From Octopus vulgaris (Eukaryota): a stretch of DNA of 64,000 bases. The notes beneath the pieces are model-generated. The model was not told the DNA's origin, searched no databases, and saw only the letters and a list, made by a program, of their open reading frames with translations. Location of the stretch: the NCBI GenBank assembly GCA_951406725.2, contig OX597828.1, forward strand, positions 78,182,001-78,246,000. Direction: 5' to 3'. Of this stretch, positions 12,323 through 29,700 are shown in pieces; within the stretch, counting starts at the first letter, position 1, and each line of letters opens with the position of its first letter. A program made the position numbers and the translations under genes.

Positions 12323-12749
12323 AATTATCTTACAAACTTAGCTCTAATGTTAATCATGTTAAACTCCACTGTTGCTTGCGCACACAGGCTGGCTATATCT
12401 GATGGTAGGCTATGATGTAGGCTTATTAGTGCACAGCACTAATAAGAGAAAAGAACATGGCACATTGACTTGGTCCTCCTTTATTTCCATTGTTACATAT
12501 GTTTCAGCAATGCATGATGTTACACAATAGATGCAGGCAGTAGTTGTAGCATAGAGTGCCAGCGTGGTGTATGTTTTTTGACTATCTGATGATCGATATC
12601 TTTGCTTCATACTCGCCCTATAAGCGGCATCTACTGGTTGCATCTGCAGTATGAAGTCGTGTTGTGAAGCATTGAAAAGTATGTAACACTTAATGGAGTA
12701 TCATCAAATTACTCTCATTTTCTTTTCTCTCTCCCGCTCTGTTTGTCTG

Positions 12750-12823
<74 letters not shown>

Positions 12824-12890
12824 GATATATATATATATATATATGTAGATATATATATATATATATGTAGATATATATATATATATATAT

Positions 12891-16316
<3,426 letters not shown>

Positions 16317-18160
16317 GGCCCACTGTAGGCCCTCTAATTGACGAAACTGGCACTCTCCAAGATAATGCCAAATCCATGGCCGAGATACTGCAGAAACAAT
16401 ACTGCTCTGTTTTCAGCAATCCTGATATGGCCGATCTGGGCTGTATCAGTGATGTCAACCCCCAACACACTATATCGGACATAACGTTTAGTGCCCCTGA
16501 TGTCTTAGCGGCGATAAACGAAATAAAACACAATTCAGCAGTAGGCCCCGATAGGTTCCCTGCTTGTGTCCTGAAGGTGTGTCGACACCAACTTGCATCT
16601 CCCCTTGCTAATCTGTGGAGAAACTCACTGGATGCTGGCTATATTCCAAAAACCTTCTGTCCCAGTCTGTTGTCCCAGTTTTCAAAAAGGGAAACAAGTC
16701 CCTTGCAGTGAATTACCGTCCGATCTCACTCACCTCTCATATCATCAAGGTATTTGAGAGGGTGGTGAGATCTCAAATAACCCAATTTCTGGAAAGCAAC
16801 AGACGGCTGATCTCCAACCAACATGGGTTCCGTAATGGAAGGGACTGCCTAACGCAGCTCCTGCATCACTTTGAGGACATTTTGAGAGCTTTGGGAGAGG
16901 GCTCCAACACCGATGTCATCTACCTTGATTTCAGTAAGGCCTTCGTCAGGGTCGATCACAAGATCCTATTGAAAAAACTATCCAACATTGGTGTCTCTGG
17001 AAAGTTACTGAAATGGATTAAGTGTTTCCTGACAGACAGATCTCAACATGTTGTAGTTGAAGGGGTAAAATCAAGCCCAGCCAAAGTCAGTAGTGGCGTT
17101 CCGCAAGGCACTGTGCTGGGCCCACTTCTTTTCATCATTTACATTAATGACATTAATGACATCATCAAGCACAGCAACATAAAAATCTTTGCAGATGACT
17201 CCAAGCTACAGAAGGTCATAAATGAGGCGAGTGACCGGACATGCCTTCAGTCAGATCTACTGGCTGTTATCCAATGGGCAGAAAAAAACAATATGCTGCT
17301 GAACGAGGATAAATTTGAGCTAATCCACTTTGGAAAAGAGGATGCCCTGAAACTCCCATACTCCCTTCCTTCAGGTGAAACTCTCGCGGCGTCCAACAAC
17401 ATCAGAGACTTGGGAGTAATTGTGGACAACAACGTAAGCTGGGCCACTCATATAAACACCAAAGTTGACATGGCCCGCAGAATGTGTTCCTGGATTCTCA
17501 GAACTTTCCAGTCGAGAGATATCCACACCATTATCCTTCTCTTCTCCACTTTTGCCCGACCCCACCTTGAATACTGTTGTCCACTGTGGTCTCCCCACAC
17601 AATACAAGGTATCATAAAAGTCGAAGCACCTCAAAGGGCAATCACAAAAAAGATAGATGGCATGACAGGCCTCGACTATTGGGGTCGACTAGAAAAGCTA
17701 AAACTCTATTCTCTCCAACGTCGTCGTGAGCGCTACATCATCTGCATGATGTGGAAAATATTCCATCAGCATTGCCCAAATGATGTTGGCATCACCTTTA
17801 AGGTACATCCAAGGCTTGGGCCCCGTGCCATCCGCCCAAAACAAAAATCGCACTCTCATCTCATAACAACAATACGGCACAATTATTTCACCTCAATTGG
17901 CCCCGCTCTCTTTAACATTACACCAAAACACATTAAAACAGAAACTGACCCTATAGGGTTCAAGAAGTCTTTGGACAGATTCCTTCAAGAAATCCCGGAT
18001 AAACCCCCTACACCCGGATATGTCTCTGTAAACAATAACTCTCTACTTGAGTGGGCCATAGTGCCCAAATTCTGACTTGAAAGACTTCACCAGGTGGTGC
18101 TATTAAGTTAGACATGGCCTGGGCCAATAATGGCCGAAACCTATCAAAGTATCAAAGTAT
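16317..18160 (+). mobile_element. CR1-group LINE, 5'-truncated ORF2 (RT)
   Basis: NYRPISLTSH, QHGFR, GVPQGTVLGPLLF, FADD, HLEYCCPLWSPH; one frameshift at the A-run near 16650; tail (TATCAAAG)2; (TA)n on both sides. Confidence 0.93.
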
Positions 18161-18929
<769 letters not shown>

Positions 18930-18931
<2 letters not shown>

Positions 18932-19539
18932 TTGATAAAACGGTAGGTTCAATAACCACACTTTGAGCTTTAGGCACTGGAACAAAAGAAAAGCGACACA
19001 ATTATCCAATCATATTTTGGTCTTTAAGAGATAAAGGTGTCGATTATAACATACAATGGAAGATTTTGGCCAGATGTAAGCCCTATACTAACGGCAGCGG
19101 AAGGTGCGGTTTATGCGACATGGAGAGATGGCTTATCTGGAAAAGCAGCTTAGACCCTACCACATGTCTAAATACAAGGACAGAGCTTTTCGGATCATGC
19201 CCACATGTGACTAAATTTCTGTTACGTTTTTGGTCCCCTAAAGAAAACGGATAGAACATGCTTTCTGTGTTATGTCCCAAGAAGATTTTATATATTTTTA
19301 TATATTTTTATATATTTTTATGTATTTTTATATAATTTTTATGACGAAAAATGCGAGCGATGTATAAGTACGCAGGCAAAGCAGAGTTATAACAGAGTAA
19401 TTTCCCTTCATTTTTAACGGTATTTTTTCATAACGTTTTCAAATAGCCAGATAACCGAAGAGATGGTGTTGTGGATTTCCACTTCGGCATCTGAAACTCA
19501 GAGTTTTATCTTGACTACCGAGTAATGTAACATATTGTA

Positions 19540-19540
<1 letters not shown>
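18930..19540 (+). mobile_element. Penelope-like element 3' fragment (GIY-YIG C-terminus plus pLTR)
   Basis: [11 protein letters not shown]...TQLSNHI/WSLRDKGVDYNIQWKILARCKPYTNGSGRCGLC...LNTRTELFGSCPH, followed by a hammerhead motif. Confidence 0.8.
19449..19511 (+). ncRNA. Minimal type I hammerhead ribozyme-like motif
   Basis: Stem I AGATAA/TTATCT; core CCGAAGA; stem II GATG/CATC; (T)GAAA; palindromic stem III ACTC-A-GAGT; GUU triplet. Confidence 0.6.
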
Positions 19541-20187
<647 letters not shown>

Positions 20188-20190
<3 letters not shown>

Positions 20191-23100
20191 TGATTGATTG
20201 ATTGATTCTAGTTTCAGCTTATGAGCTGTGGCCATGCTGGGGCACCGCCATTTGGTGTTGCTACTTGGTTTCACTTCATGGAGGCTTTCTAGCAACTGCT
20301 ATTTGGTGCATGAGAGAGTTCGATGCAGCTGCCCTCATCTGCCCCTCCTGCCGTGAAGTTGGTTCATCTGGGACACCTGACAGGAAGAGATCCAGCTTCA
20401 TTTTAAAGACATCTGTATCCACCCCATGCAGGTCTCTCAGGTTCTTCGGGAGGATATTGAAGAGCTGTGGGCCTCGGAAGCCCAGGCTATCACAGAATCT
20501 TGTCCTACATCTTGATGGCAGGTTTGGAGTCCTAGGCACCACGCAGTGGCGCCCAGTTCTGGCATTTGCGTAACTCTCGATGCCAAAGTTCAGGACACTT
20601 CCCTCCAGGATCTTCCAGATGTATATTATGGCATATCTTTCCCGCCTACACTCCAGGGAATAGAGCTTTAATCTCTTGAGTCTTTCCCAGTAGCTTACAT
20701 TCTGCATAGAGGCTATCTTCTTTGTGTAGCTTCGTTGGATCGCCTCAAGTTCTGTGATCAACTTGACACTGGATGGTGACCATAGCTGAGAGCAATAGTC
20801 AAAGTGGCTTAGGACAAGTGTCTTCCAGAGGACCATCATGGTTTCTTGTTCTCTTGTTCTAAAGGTTCTAAGAATCCATCCAGCCAGCCGTCTACATTTC
20901 ATTGTCAGTTTAGCAACATGTACATGAAAGGTCGCGTCATCACTCATGTGAATACCCAGGTCACGCACTGATTGTGCCTCTGGGATTGCAATCCCTCCGG
21001 GTCCAGTGTATTCATTGGGTATTGCATTCAGTTTTGCATGCTGATAGTATAAAGCTTGAAACTTTCCAGCATTGAACTGCATGCTATTCTTTTCAGCCCA
21101 CTTGTATATTTCGTCCAGCTCACATTGCAGGTGTTTAGTGTCCTCAGGGTTCTGTATTGCCTGTGAAACTTTTGTATCGTCTGCATAACTTGTGATCGTG
21201 GCTCTCTGCGTGGCTGAGGGCATGTCTGAGAGGGCCATTATGAACAGTAGTGGTCACAGAACAGTGCCCTGCGGAACACCGCTCACTATTTGTGTGTTAA
21301 TGGAGGTGGCCCCATTGGCTACTACCACCTGACTTCTATCCTTCAGAAAGTCATGAAGCCATTCTCCCAGTTTTCCAACTATGTTGAGATCACGCAGTTT
21401 GTGACATATCATTCCATGATCGACTTTATCAAAGGCCTTTGCAAAGTCGAGATATATCACTTCCACATTTGAGTGGTTGAGCAGCCGTTTCAGCACCCAG
21501 TCATAGTGTTGTAGGAGCTGCGTTAAACAGCTTCTCCCTGGTCGGAAACCATGTTGGGTGTCGGGCAGCAAGTCATTCTCTTCAAGGAAGGTGATCAGCT
21601 TCCTTCTGACTATTCGTTCCATGACCTTGCTGATGTGTGAGGTCAGAGAGATAGGTCTATAGTTCTTGGCTTCTGCTCTGCTACCTCCTTTATGAATGGG
21701 GCATATTTTACCTTCCTTCAGTTTTCCTGGAAGTTTGCCAGCTGCAAGGAAGCTCTGAAAGAGGAACTGCAGTGGTCTTGCTAGGACTCTCTTACATGCT
21801 TTTAGGAGGATTGCCGGGAATCCATCGGGGCCAGTAGCTGAGTCTGTTTTCATTTCATCTATAGCCTTGGTTACATCGTCTTCCTTTATATCGATGTAAT
21901 CTATCGTCGCCGCCTCTGATTTTATATCTGCAGTGGTAAAAAAGTCAGTTGGATTGGTGATTTGGAGATGCCCAAGGGGTGGAGTGAAAACACTCTTGAA
22001 TTGCTCATTCAGTATTTCACTTACCCTCATTGGTTTTCCTGTAAGTGTGCCATCCTTTTCGATGAGTGGCCCTATTCTACAGTGCACTGTAGCTGTTTCT
22101 TTGGCATACCTGTAGAAAGCTCTGGGGTTAGATTTTATGTTTTCTATAGCCCAGGCTTCTTTGTCTGCTCTTTCTTTTTCATGGGAGAGTTGCAGACATT
22201 TTTCGATTTCCAACAGTTTTATTTTTAGGCGGGACTTTTCACTGCTTTCAATCTGTTTGTTTAGGCGATTTGAAAATTTCGTACGCCGTCTCATTAAAAT
22301 TTTCCTCTCTCTGGGGATTTTGTTCTTGTGTACAGTGGCCTTTCTCTCTGGGACACATTTGTAGCATATGGCTTGCATTACAGACATGAATTGTTGAAGT
22401 TTCACGTCGATGTCTGGCGAGGAGAGACATTTAGGCCAGTTTTGTTTGAGGATCTCTTTCTCAATTTGTTTCCAGTTTGCCTTATGGTAGTTCAAGCTGG
22501 AAAGATTTTGAGGGTTTCTTGTAGGCTGCATGTCCGTGCTCTCTTTTGGCCCGTACATGGTCAGCTCTATCATGTTGTGATCCGAGAGTAGTGTCGGTGT
22601 CACTTTCACATTATGGATGAGATCCATGTCATTTGTGAAGCAGAGATCCAGTGTGTTACCTGCCCTGGTTGGTTGGAGTATTACCTGCTCCATGTACAGG
22701 GTGTTGATGAGGTTCAGGAGGGACCTCGCCTGTCCTCGTTCACATCCTGTCATTCCTGGGAGAGAAAGGCCCTCGGGCCATCTGACATTGGGCAGATTGA
22801 AGTCTCCCATAAGAAGCACACCTATGTGTTGTTCTAATGTGGTTAGAATTTCTTTTATTTTTATAAGGCAGTCTTCAAACTTGCCCACATGGCTTGGGGC
22901 ATCTGGAGGGCGATATGTAGCACACACAACTACATCAAGTTGCCTAATATGTACAATTAGTGTGTCACACACCGAGTTTGAGTATGACAAGAGGACCTGG
23001 GGTGTGAGGTCCTCACGGATGTACATAGCAACACCTCCATGACTCCTTTCTTTCCTGTCGGTCCGTAGTACAGCATACTGTGGTATGTGTAACTCCGCAT

Positions 23101-23313
23101 CTGCTATGTCCGGTTTCAGGTGCGTTTCTGTAAGTGCTATGCATAAGGCTTGATTGCATGCAACAAAGTCTCTCAGGAACGGGATCTTTGTCCTGTTACT
23201 GAGTGTTTGCAGTCCTCTGATGTTCAGTAGGAGTATCGAGGTGAGGTGTACGTTGTTGCCGGCGGTGTCCATCCTGTGTCTGTTTGCTGTGGTGGTCTGG
23301 TATATAGTGGGTA
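20188..23313 (-). mobile_element. CR1-group LINE with near-complete ORF2 (APE endonuclease plus RT)
   Basis: ORFs 23272-21254 and 21238-20276 are in one frame, split by one TGA; LLNIRGL, ALTETHL, MGDFN, LSDH, KAFDKVDH, YADD, HFDYCSQLWSP; tail (AATC)n. Confidence 0.95.
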
Positions 23314-23342
23314 GTCTGTCTCTTTGCCTGCCTGCCTGTCTG

Positions 23343-23385
<43 letters not shown>

Positions 23386-24122
23386 CTCTGCCTGTCTATC
23401 TATCTCTCTGCCTGTCTGTCTATCTATCTGTCTGTCTGCCTCTATCCACACATACACTCAGACACACATGCACTGGATACAAAAAATGTAAAGTAACCAA
23501 GCTGACACACCTATGCTATCAATATCTGATAACTGTAATTATGTTGGGGGGGGGTGCAATTTCGTTGTTTGGAAGGGGGAGGTTCTCACAACAGTGACAA
23601 TAATAATGATGATGATTAGTGGTGGTGGTCATGTTGATGCCAATGATGATGATGGTTTCTTTATTTTATCTTTTGAGCAATTTATTTATTTCTTGTTAAT
23701 ATCTGACACTTTTTTGCAATAAAGGTGAGGGCATTGGGTGAATGGTGAATGTATGTAGTGTTGGTGGTGGGGTATATTAGGGGTGGTAACAGCCATCTGC
23801 TACTGTCAGCTTTACTACCCACCCACACACCCACCTTCCTTGCACACATTACCACTGTTATCTCTACCACCCAACCATCACCTTCCCCCACTCTTATCTC
23901 AACCCCTACCCCACACACTCAGAAACTACCTGCACCACCTCCTCTCGCCATTATCATCATCATTGTCATAAACCAGTCTGAGAACCTTGGAGCCAGTGAG
24001 GTAACAGTTGCTTGACTTGTTACAAGTAGCAGCAAAGCTCTTTCAAATTGCACAGCATTGTCATTGAAAGCGGGCATATGGTATAATGGCCTGAATATAT
24101 ATCTTTTATATACATGCATACA

Positions 24123-24202
<80 letters not shown>

Positions 24203-24227
24203 TATAGATAGATACATATATATATAT

Positions 24228-24665
24228 AAGTGCAGTCATGGCTGTGGAGTAAGAAGCTTGCTTCCCAACCACATGGTTTCAGGCTCAGTCCCACTGTCTG
24301 GCACCTTGGCCAAGTGTCTTCTAGTATAGCCTCAGGCTGACCAAAGACTTTTGAGTGGATTTGGTAAATGGAAACTGAAAGAAGCTCATTGTGTGTATGT
24401 GTGTATATATATATATATTTATATATGTGTGTGTGTATAGTTGTATGTGTGTTTGTCTGTGTGTCTATTTGTCCCCCCCCCCCCCCATCACTGCTTGACA
24501 ACTGGTGTTGGTGTGTTTATGTCCCTGTAACTTTGTCATTCGGCAAAACAGAATAAGTACAAGGCTTAGAAAATAAGTCCTGGGTGTTGATTTGTTCGTC
24601 TAAAATCCTTCAAGGCAGTGCTGCAGCATGGCCACAGTCAAATGATTGAAACAAGTAAAAGAATA
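24228..24665 (+). mobile_element. SINE family A, full length, CR1-type tail
   Basis: Head, central TG/TA repeat, tail GGCAGTGCTGCAGCATGGCCACAGTCAAATGATTGAAACAAGTAAAAG. Confidence 0.8.
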
Positions 24666-25175
24666 ACAATTCCATCATCATCAGTTAGCAGTTTGATTGG
24701 AACTGACAAGCTGGAGAGCTGCACACGGTTCCAGCCTGATCTGGCAGGGTCTCTAGGGCTCAGCCTCTGTTGTGCCACTGGTTTTGTAGGGGATTTGCTC
24801 TGACAAGTCATTTCAGTGCTGTGTGACATGCACAAGAACTTCTTGGACTCTTGGAAGATTTGCATAGAGTTTAGGAAATGGTCTGAATCATGAGTTGACA
24901 TCCAGTATGTATCTTTGTGTGTGTGTGTGTGAGTGTGTATACAGGGTGTCCCAAAAGTAGGTTTATAGTTATCACGTAAGCACTTGAAATTTCTTTTAAA
25001 ACATTTTATTACATTTAAATTTCTACCTTACAAACTGAAAAGGGAGCTTGACAAAATTAACAAAATTAGCAGAGAATAAGGGTTTCATATTTCTTTTATA
25101 ATTAAGATCTAAACTGTTAATATATGAATACAAAAGAGATCGTTGAACAACATGTAAACGTATTTTTGGATCACC

Positions 25176-25237
<62 letters not shown>

Positions 25238-25449
25238 GTGTATGTGTTTGTTTTTGACATCCAGACAGAAGATAAACTATTTTTACTTCAAATGTTTACT
25301 GATATTTGATAAGATGAGATACATTGAAACTAATAATATCTTCTTTATATGATTTTTTAATGATTTTTTAAAAAATTCCCTCTTAAATTGAGATGTCTTA
25401 GACTTCTGTGCTATTTCCACCTCCATCTTTTATATATATATATATATTT

Positions 25450-25745
25450 AAGGCACATGGCTTGGTGGTTAGGGTGTTGCACTCACGATTGTGAGATCAA
25501 AGATTTGATTCCTGGACTGGAAGTTGTGTTGCACTCTTGAGCAAAGCACTTCATTTCACATTGTTCTGTGATCGTTTCATCATCTGGCAAGTGGCACACG
25601 ATACACCTGTACAGGTGATGTCAATTTGATGGAAGGAGTGAGCTTATGTGTGCACAAACATTTGATCGCAGTAAGCAAATCATGTGTGGTTGTTTGGCAA
25701 GGAATTCCTGAACCATCATATGTCGTCTAATGACAGGAGAGTCCA
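25450..25745 (+). mobile_element. SINE family C variant
   Basis: GGCACATGGCTTGGTGGTTAGGGTGTTGCACTCACG head; CTTGAGCAAAGCACTT core. Confidence 0.6.
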
Positions 25746-26239
25746 TTATTTATATATCTATTTGTATAAAAATACTGACACTCCGTCAGTTACAAGGACG
25801 AGGGTTCCAGTTGATTTGATCAACGGAACAACCTGCTTATGAAATTAACGTGCAAGTGGCTGAGTGCTCCACAGACATACCTTTAATGTAATTTTCAGGG
25901 AGATTCAGGTGTCAAGGATGCCCCCCCTTGAATTACAGGTACTACGCATTTTTTCTAGATGAGTGGACCAGAGCAGTGTGAAATAAAGTGTCTTGCTCAA
26001 GAGTACAATGTGGCACAAGGCTTTGATTGGCCCAGGGCTATGGAGGACAGCTACCCAAGGTGCTGTACAGTTGAAATGAAAACAGAAATATGGTTGGGAA
26101 GGAAAGTTTTTACCATGCAGCAATGGTCATGGCTGGAATGCCTTTAGTCATGGGACTCCTCAATCATGACTGACCTGGGACTCACTGCTGTCACCACCAA
26201 TGGTCAAGCACTTCTATGCCATTATCAGTTCCTTCCTCA

Positions 26240-26535
26240 CATCACCACAGCCACCAGCACCAGCACCACCACTACCACCAGCACTACCACCACTACCACA
26301 ACCACAATCACAACTGCCAGCACCACCATCTTTACCACAACACCAAACACCACTGCTACCACCATTGCCACCACCACCGTTGCCGCTGCCACTGCCAGCA
26401 CCACCACCAGCACCAGCACTACCACCAGTACTATTAGCACCACCACCAGTACTACCACCACCACAATCACAACTGCCAGTACCACCATCTATACCACAAC
26501 ACTAAACACCACCACCACCACCACCACCAGCACTA
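26240..26535. repeat. Degenerate (ACC)n repeat
   Basis: Seen directly; explains the poly-T/P/H/V ORFs. Confidence 0.85.
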
Positions 26536-27317
26536 GTCTTAGCAACAGAGACATTTTTGCAAATAAATCAAGGAGAATGCCCCCTCCCCTGCGAGGTAGG
26601 TGTTGGGGGGGGGGGGATAAGGCTTGTTGCTGTTGTTATTGATTTGGTAGTGGTGGTGATTTTAGTTTTGGGGGCAGTTGTGGCAGTGGCCTTTTTATCA
26701 GTAAGGTAGGAATCATGTTTTGGTTAATGGGTTGTCAACTCTTCCACCCCACCCCCACCCCTCTGTGTCTTATAGTCTCTCTGACCAATGAAAGTCCTGG
26801 CAGGCAGGCAGGCAGGCAGGTAGGCTGGCTGGTTGGTTGGTTGGTTCATATTTCTTTTTTTTTTTAGTTTTTGCTTTCTTTTCTACACACTGACATTTGG
26901 GTGGGGGGACTATTATCTGTTTATATTTCTTTTTAACCATCTGTCTGCTTTGAATACACCCACACGTGTGTGTGTGTCTGTATACATAAATATGTGTGTT
27001 TACAAATAAACATATTTACATCTATATACACGTGTATGTGTGTGTATATATATGTATATACACACACGTGTATGAGTGTATGTATATGTGTGTGTATATA
27101 TATGTGTGTGTGTGTGTGTGTTTACAACTAAACATATTTGCATCTATATACATGTATGTGTTTGTGCGTGTGTATATGTGTGTGAGTGTATTTGTGTGTG
27201 TATGTGTATATATATGCGTATGAACGTATGTATATGAGTGTATGTATATATGTGTGTATAAATATGTGTGTGTATCTATGTATATGTGTGTATATACGTA
27301 TGTGTGTGTGTTTACAG

Positions 27318-27326
27318 CAAATGAAG
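27318..27326 (+). other. Candidate 9-nt microexon (CAA ATG AAG, Q-M-K) of the kinase gene
   Basis: TTTACAG|CAAATGAAG|GTAAGT: consensus acceptor and ideal donor 9 nt apart; phase 0 fits exon 34790; no transcript evidence. Confidence 0.45.
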
Positions 27327-29488
27327 GTAAGTGTTATGTGACTGTGTAGCTGTACACCAAATGGACTTGTGTCTCTTCTCATTGTTTGCAATTATTTTTA
27401 CTAAAAGACTGTCTAAATGCATGTTTGAAGGTATGCTTGTTTCTCTGCATAAACAAATACATGTTTGTGCCTATGGACTTTCATGTATTCATATACAAAC
27501 AACCACATGCCTGCACACACACACACACACACAAAAGAAAAAACAGGTACACACATATATATATATATACACCATCATCTTAATGTTTACTTTTCCATGC
27601 CTGCAATGGGTTAGATGAAATTCATTGAAGCACATTTGTTGTAAGCTGGATGCTCTCCCTGTTGCCAACCCATATCTGTTTCCAAGTAAGGTAGCATTTA
27701 CTCCATTCTTTCAAACATCACTTATCTAGGAAGATTGCATGTCGTTCATTGGCAATTTTTGTGGGATGTCATGACAAGGACACACACTCACACATAAGTA
27801 TATACATAAATATCATCATCATCATCATCGATTAACGTCCGCTTTCCATGCTGACATGGGTTGGATGGTTTGACTGAGGTCTGGAGAGCCAGTAGTTGCA
27901 CCAGGCTCCAATCTGACCTGGCAGTGTTTCTACAGCTGGATGCCCTACCTAACGCTAACCACTCCGAGAGGGTAGTGGAAGAATTTTATGTGCCATCAGC
28001 ATTGGGGGGGGGGGCAGTCTGTGGGTACTGGCATCAGCCATGTTCGGATGGACAAGATAAAAATAATGGTGATTACATATTTTCCCTTTATGAGAATAAA
28101 TTTGCCTTACAGCTGTTTCCGGCTGTCATAATAGATTCGTTACTGTTCGGTTCCCTCAATTGGTCTATTAATCAGTTGAGAAAAATTAAATGACCTCAAA
28201 CAATTAATGCTACTTTCGGTCAGCGCCATTTCTGGTGATTATAAAGTGAGACACTGAAGGAATGGTGAGTGCATGGGGGAGGGGAAGGAAAAAGAAGGAA
28301 TGAGGTAAGTAGAATGGAGAAAAGGACGAAGACAGGTTGCAATAAGGTGAAGAGAAGGAAGGAAAGAATAGAGGAAGAGGTGTGTGTGTGTGTGTGTCTA
28401 TATGTACGTATGCATGTGTGTATGTGTCTGTCTATGTATGCATGTATGTATGTGTCTGTATGTATGTATGTATGTATATGTGTGTGTTTGTGTCTATATG
28501 TGCATGTGTTTGTGTCTGGTTGTATGCTTGTGTCTATATATATGTGTGTATGTCTAAATGTGTGTGTGTGTGTTTCTCTCTCTCTATGTATATACATACA
28601 TACATACAAGCATGCATACATAAATAGACACAATGAACTTCCCTTTTGTTTTCGTCTGCCAAATCCACTCACAATATTTTGGGTGGCCTGGAGCCATGAG
28701 AGAAGATGTTTGTCCAAGGTGACATGATTGGGAAGCAGAATTAACCGCATAGCTATGCCTCCACCTATATACATAACACATGCACGCACATTCATTAATA
28801 CCTACCATGACCATCCCATCTTTAAAGATAGTTTATTGCAGATTACAGGAATCTACTGTCTTTTTGTTTTTTTTTATTTTGAAGATGCTCGGGTTTAATT
28901 TGAGGAAGATTTGACTGCTGTTTTTAGTAGATCTTTGTTAGAAACATTATCTAGAATTATCATTGCTAGATTTTGCTGAAAATATCAGACAAGACAATTA
29001 TATTAATGTGTTTATCTGGGTTTCTTTCTGTGTGGAATACATAAAACACTAGTGTTCTGTTGAGAAGTTTCACCATCTTACAGTACATAGCCCAATAAAT
29101 TGCACAAGGACCACAAATACTGGAGCGTTTTCTTCCTCTCTTTCATTCATTTTCTTTCTATTTACTCCTGAAGTACAACCTAATACTTTTCTGGTTAATT
29201 AACAGGAGTTTAATAGCCAATTATTTTCTCAAGTGGCTTTGCTACAGTCCAAATTATTTCAGGTTTTCAGAACTGATGCCAAATTTGGGAAATATTTTTC
29301 TGTAAGGCATGGAAAGTCAGAGTATAATTCATTATTTTTAATTTTTACTTGCTTCTATTTTCAAAACCATTGATGTTGTTTGGTCCTTAAGCAAACATTA
29401 TTAAGAAACCCAAATGACCAAAGGTATTCCATCTCTGATGACCTTCCATTTTATATCAGTCATTATGAATCTAAAATTACTTTGTTAA

Positions 29489-29700
29489 CCCTTCAGCATC
29501 TGGATTATTCGGTCAACTGCTTTGTTCACCTTCTTTTAAATCGCTCATTCATTATCTTTTTGCATTGAGATATTGATGGTGTGCTTGTTTATTTTTAGTA
29601 TGACATTGTAGGGAAGGTGTGAGAGGCTGAATATAGCCAGTTTGAACACAAAGCAGGTAGAATATTTGGGCCGGATATGGCTAGTTTAAACACTAAAGGG
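29489..29700. mobile_element. TTAA (piggyBac-type) MITE family 2
   Basis: TTAA|CCCTTCAGCAT...CACTAAAGGG|TCAA; relatives near 35235-35450, 38211-38415, 48640-48915, 61151-61369. Confidence 0.7.

Noticed and set aside
26166-26642. Mucin-like Thr-rich ORF ending near a GAG|GTAGGT donor
   Set aside because: (ACC)n repeat is open in most frames; the donor is phase 1 in this ORF and does not fit exon 34790
28255-28312. Strong donor motifs ATG|GTGAGT and GAG|GTAAGT
   Set aside because: No clear acceptor or promoter evidence; expected by chance in 64 kb
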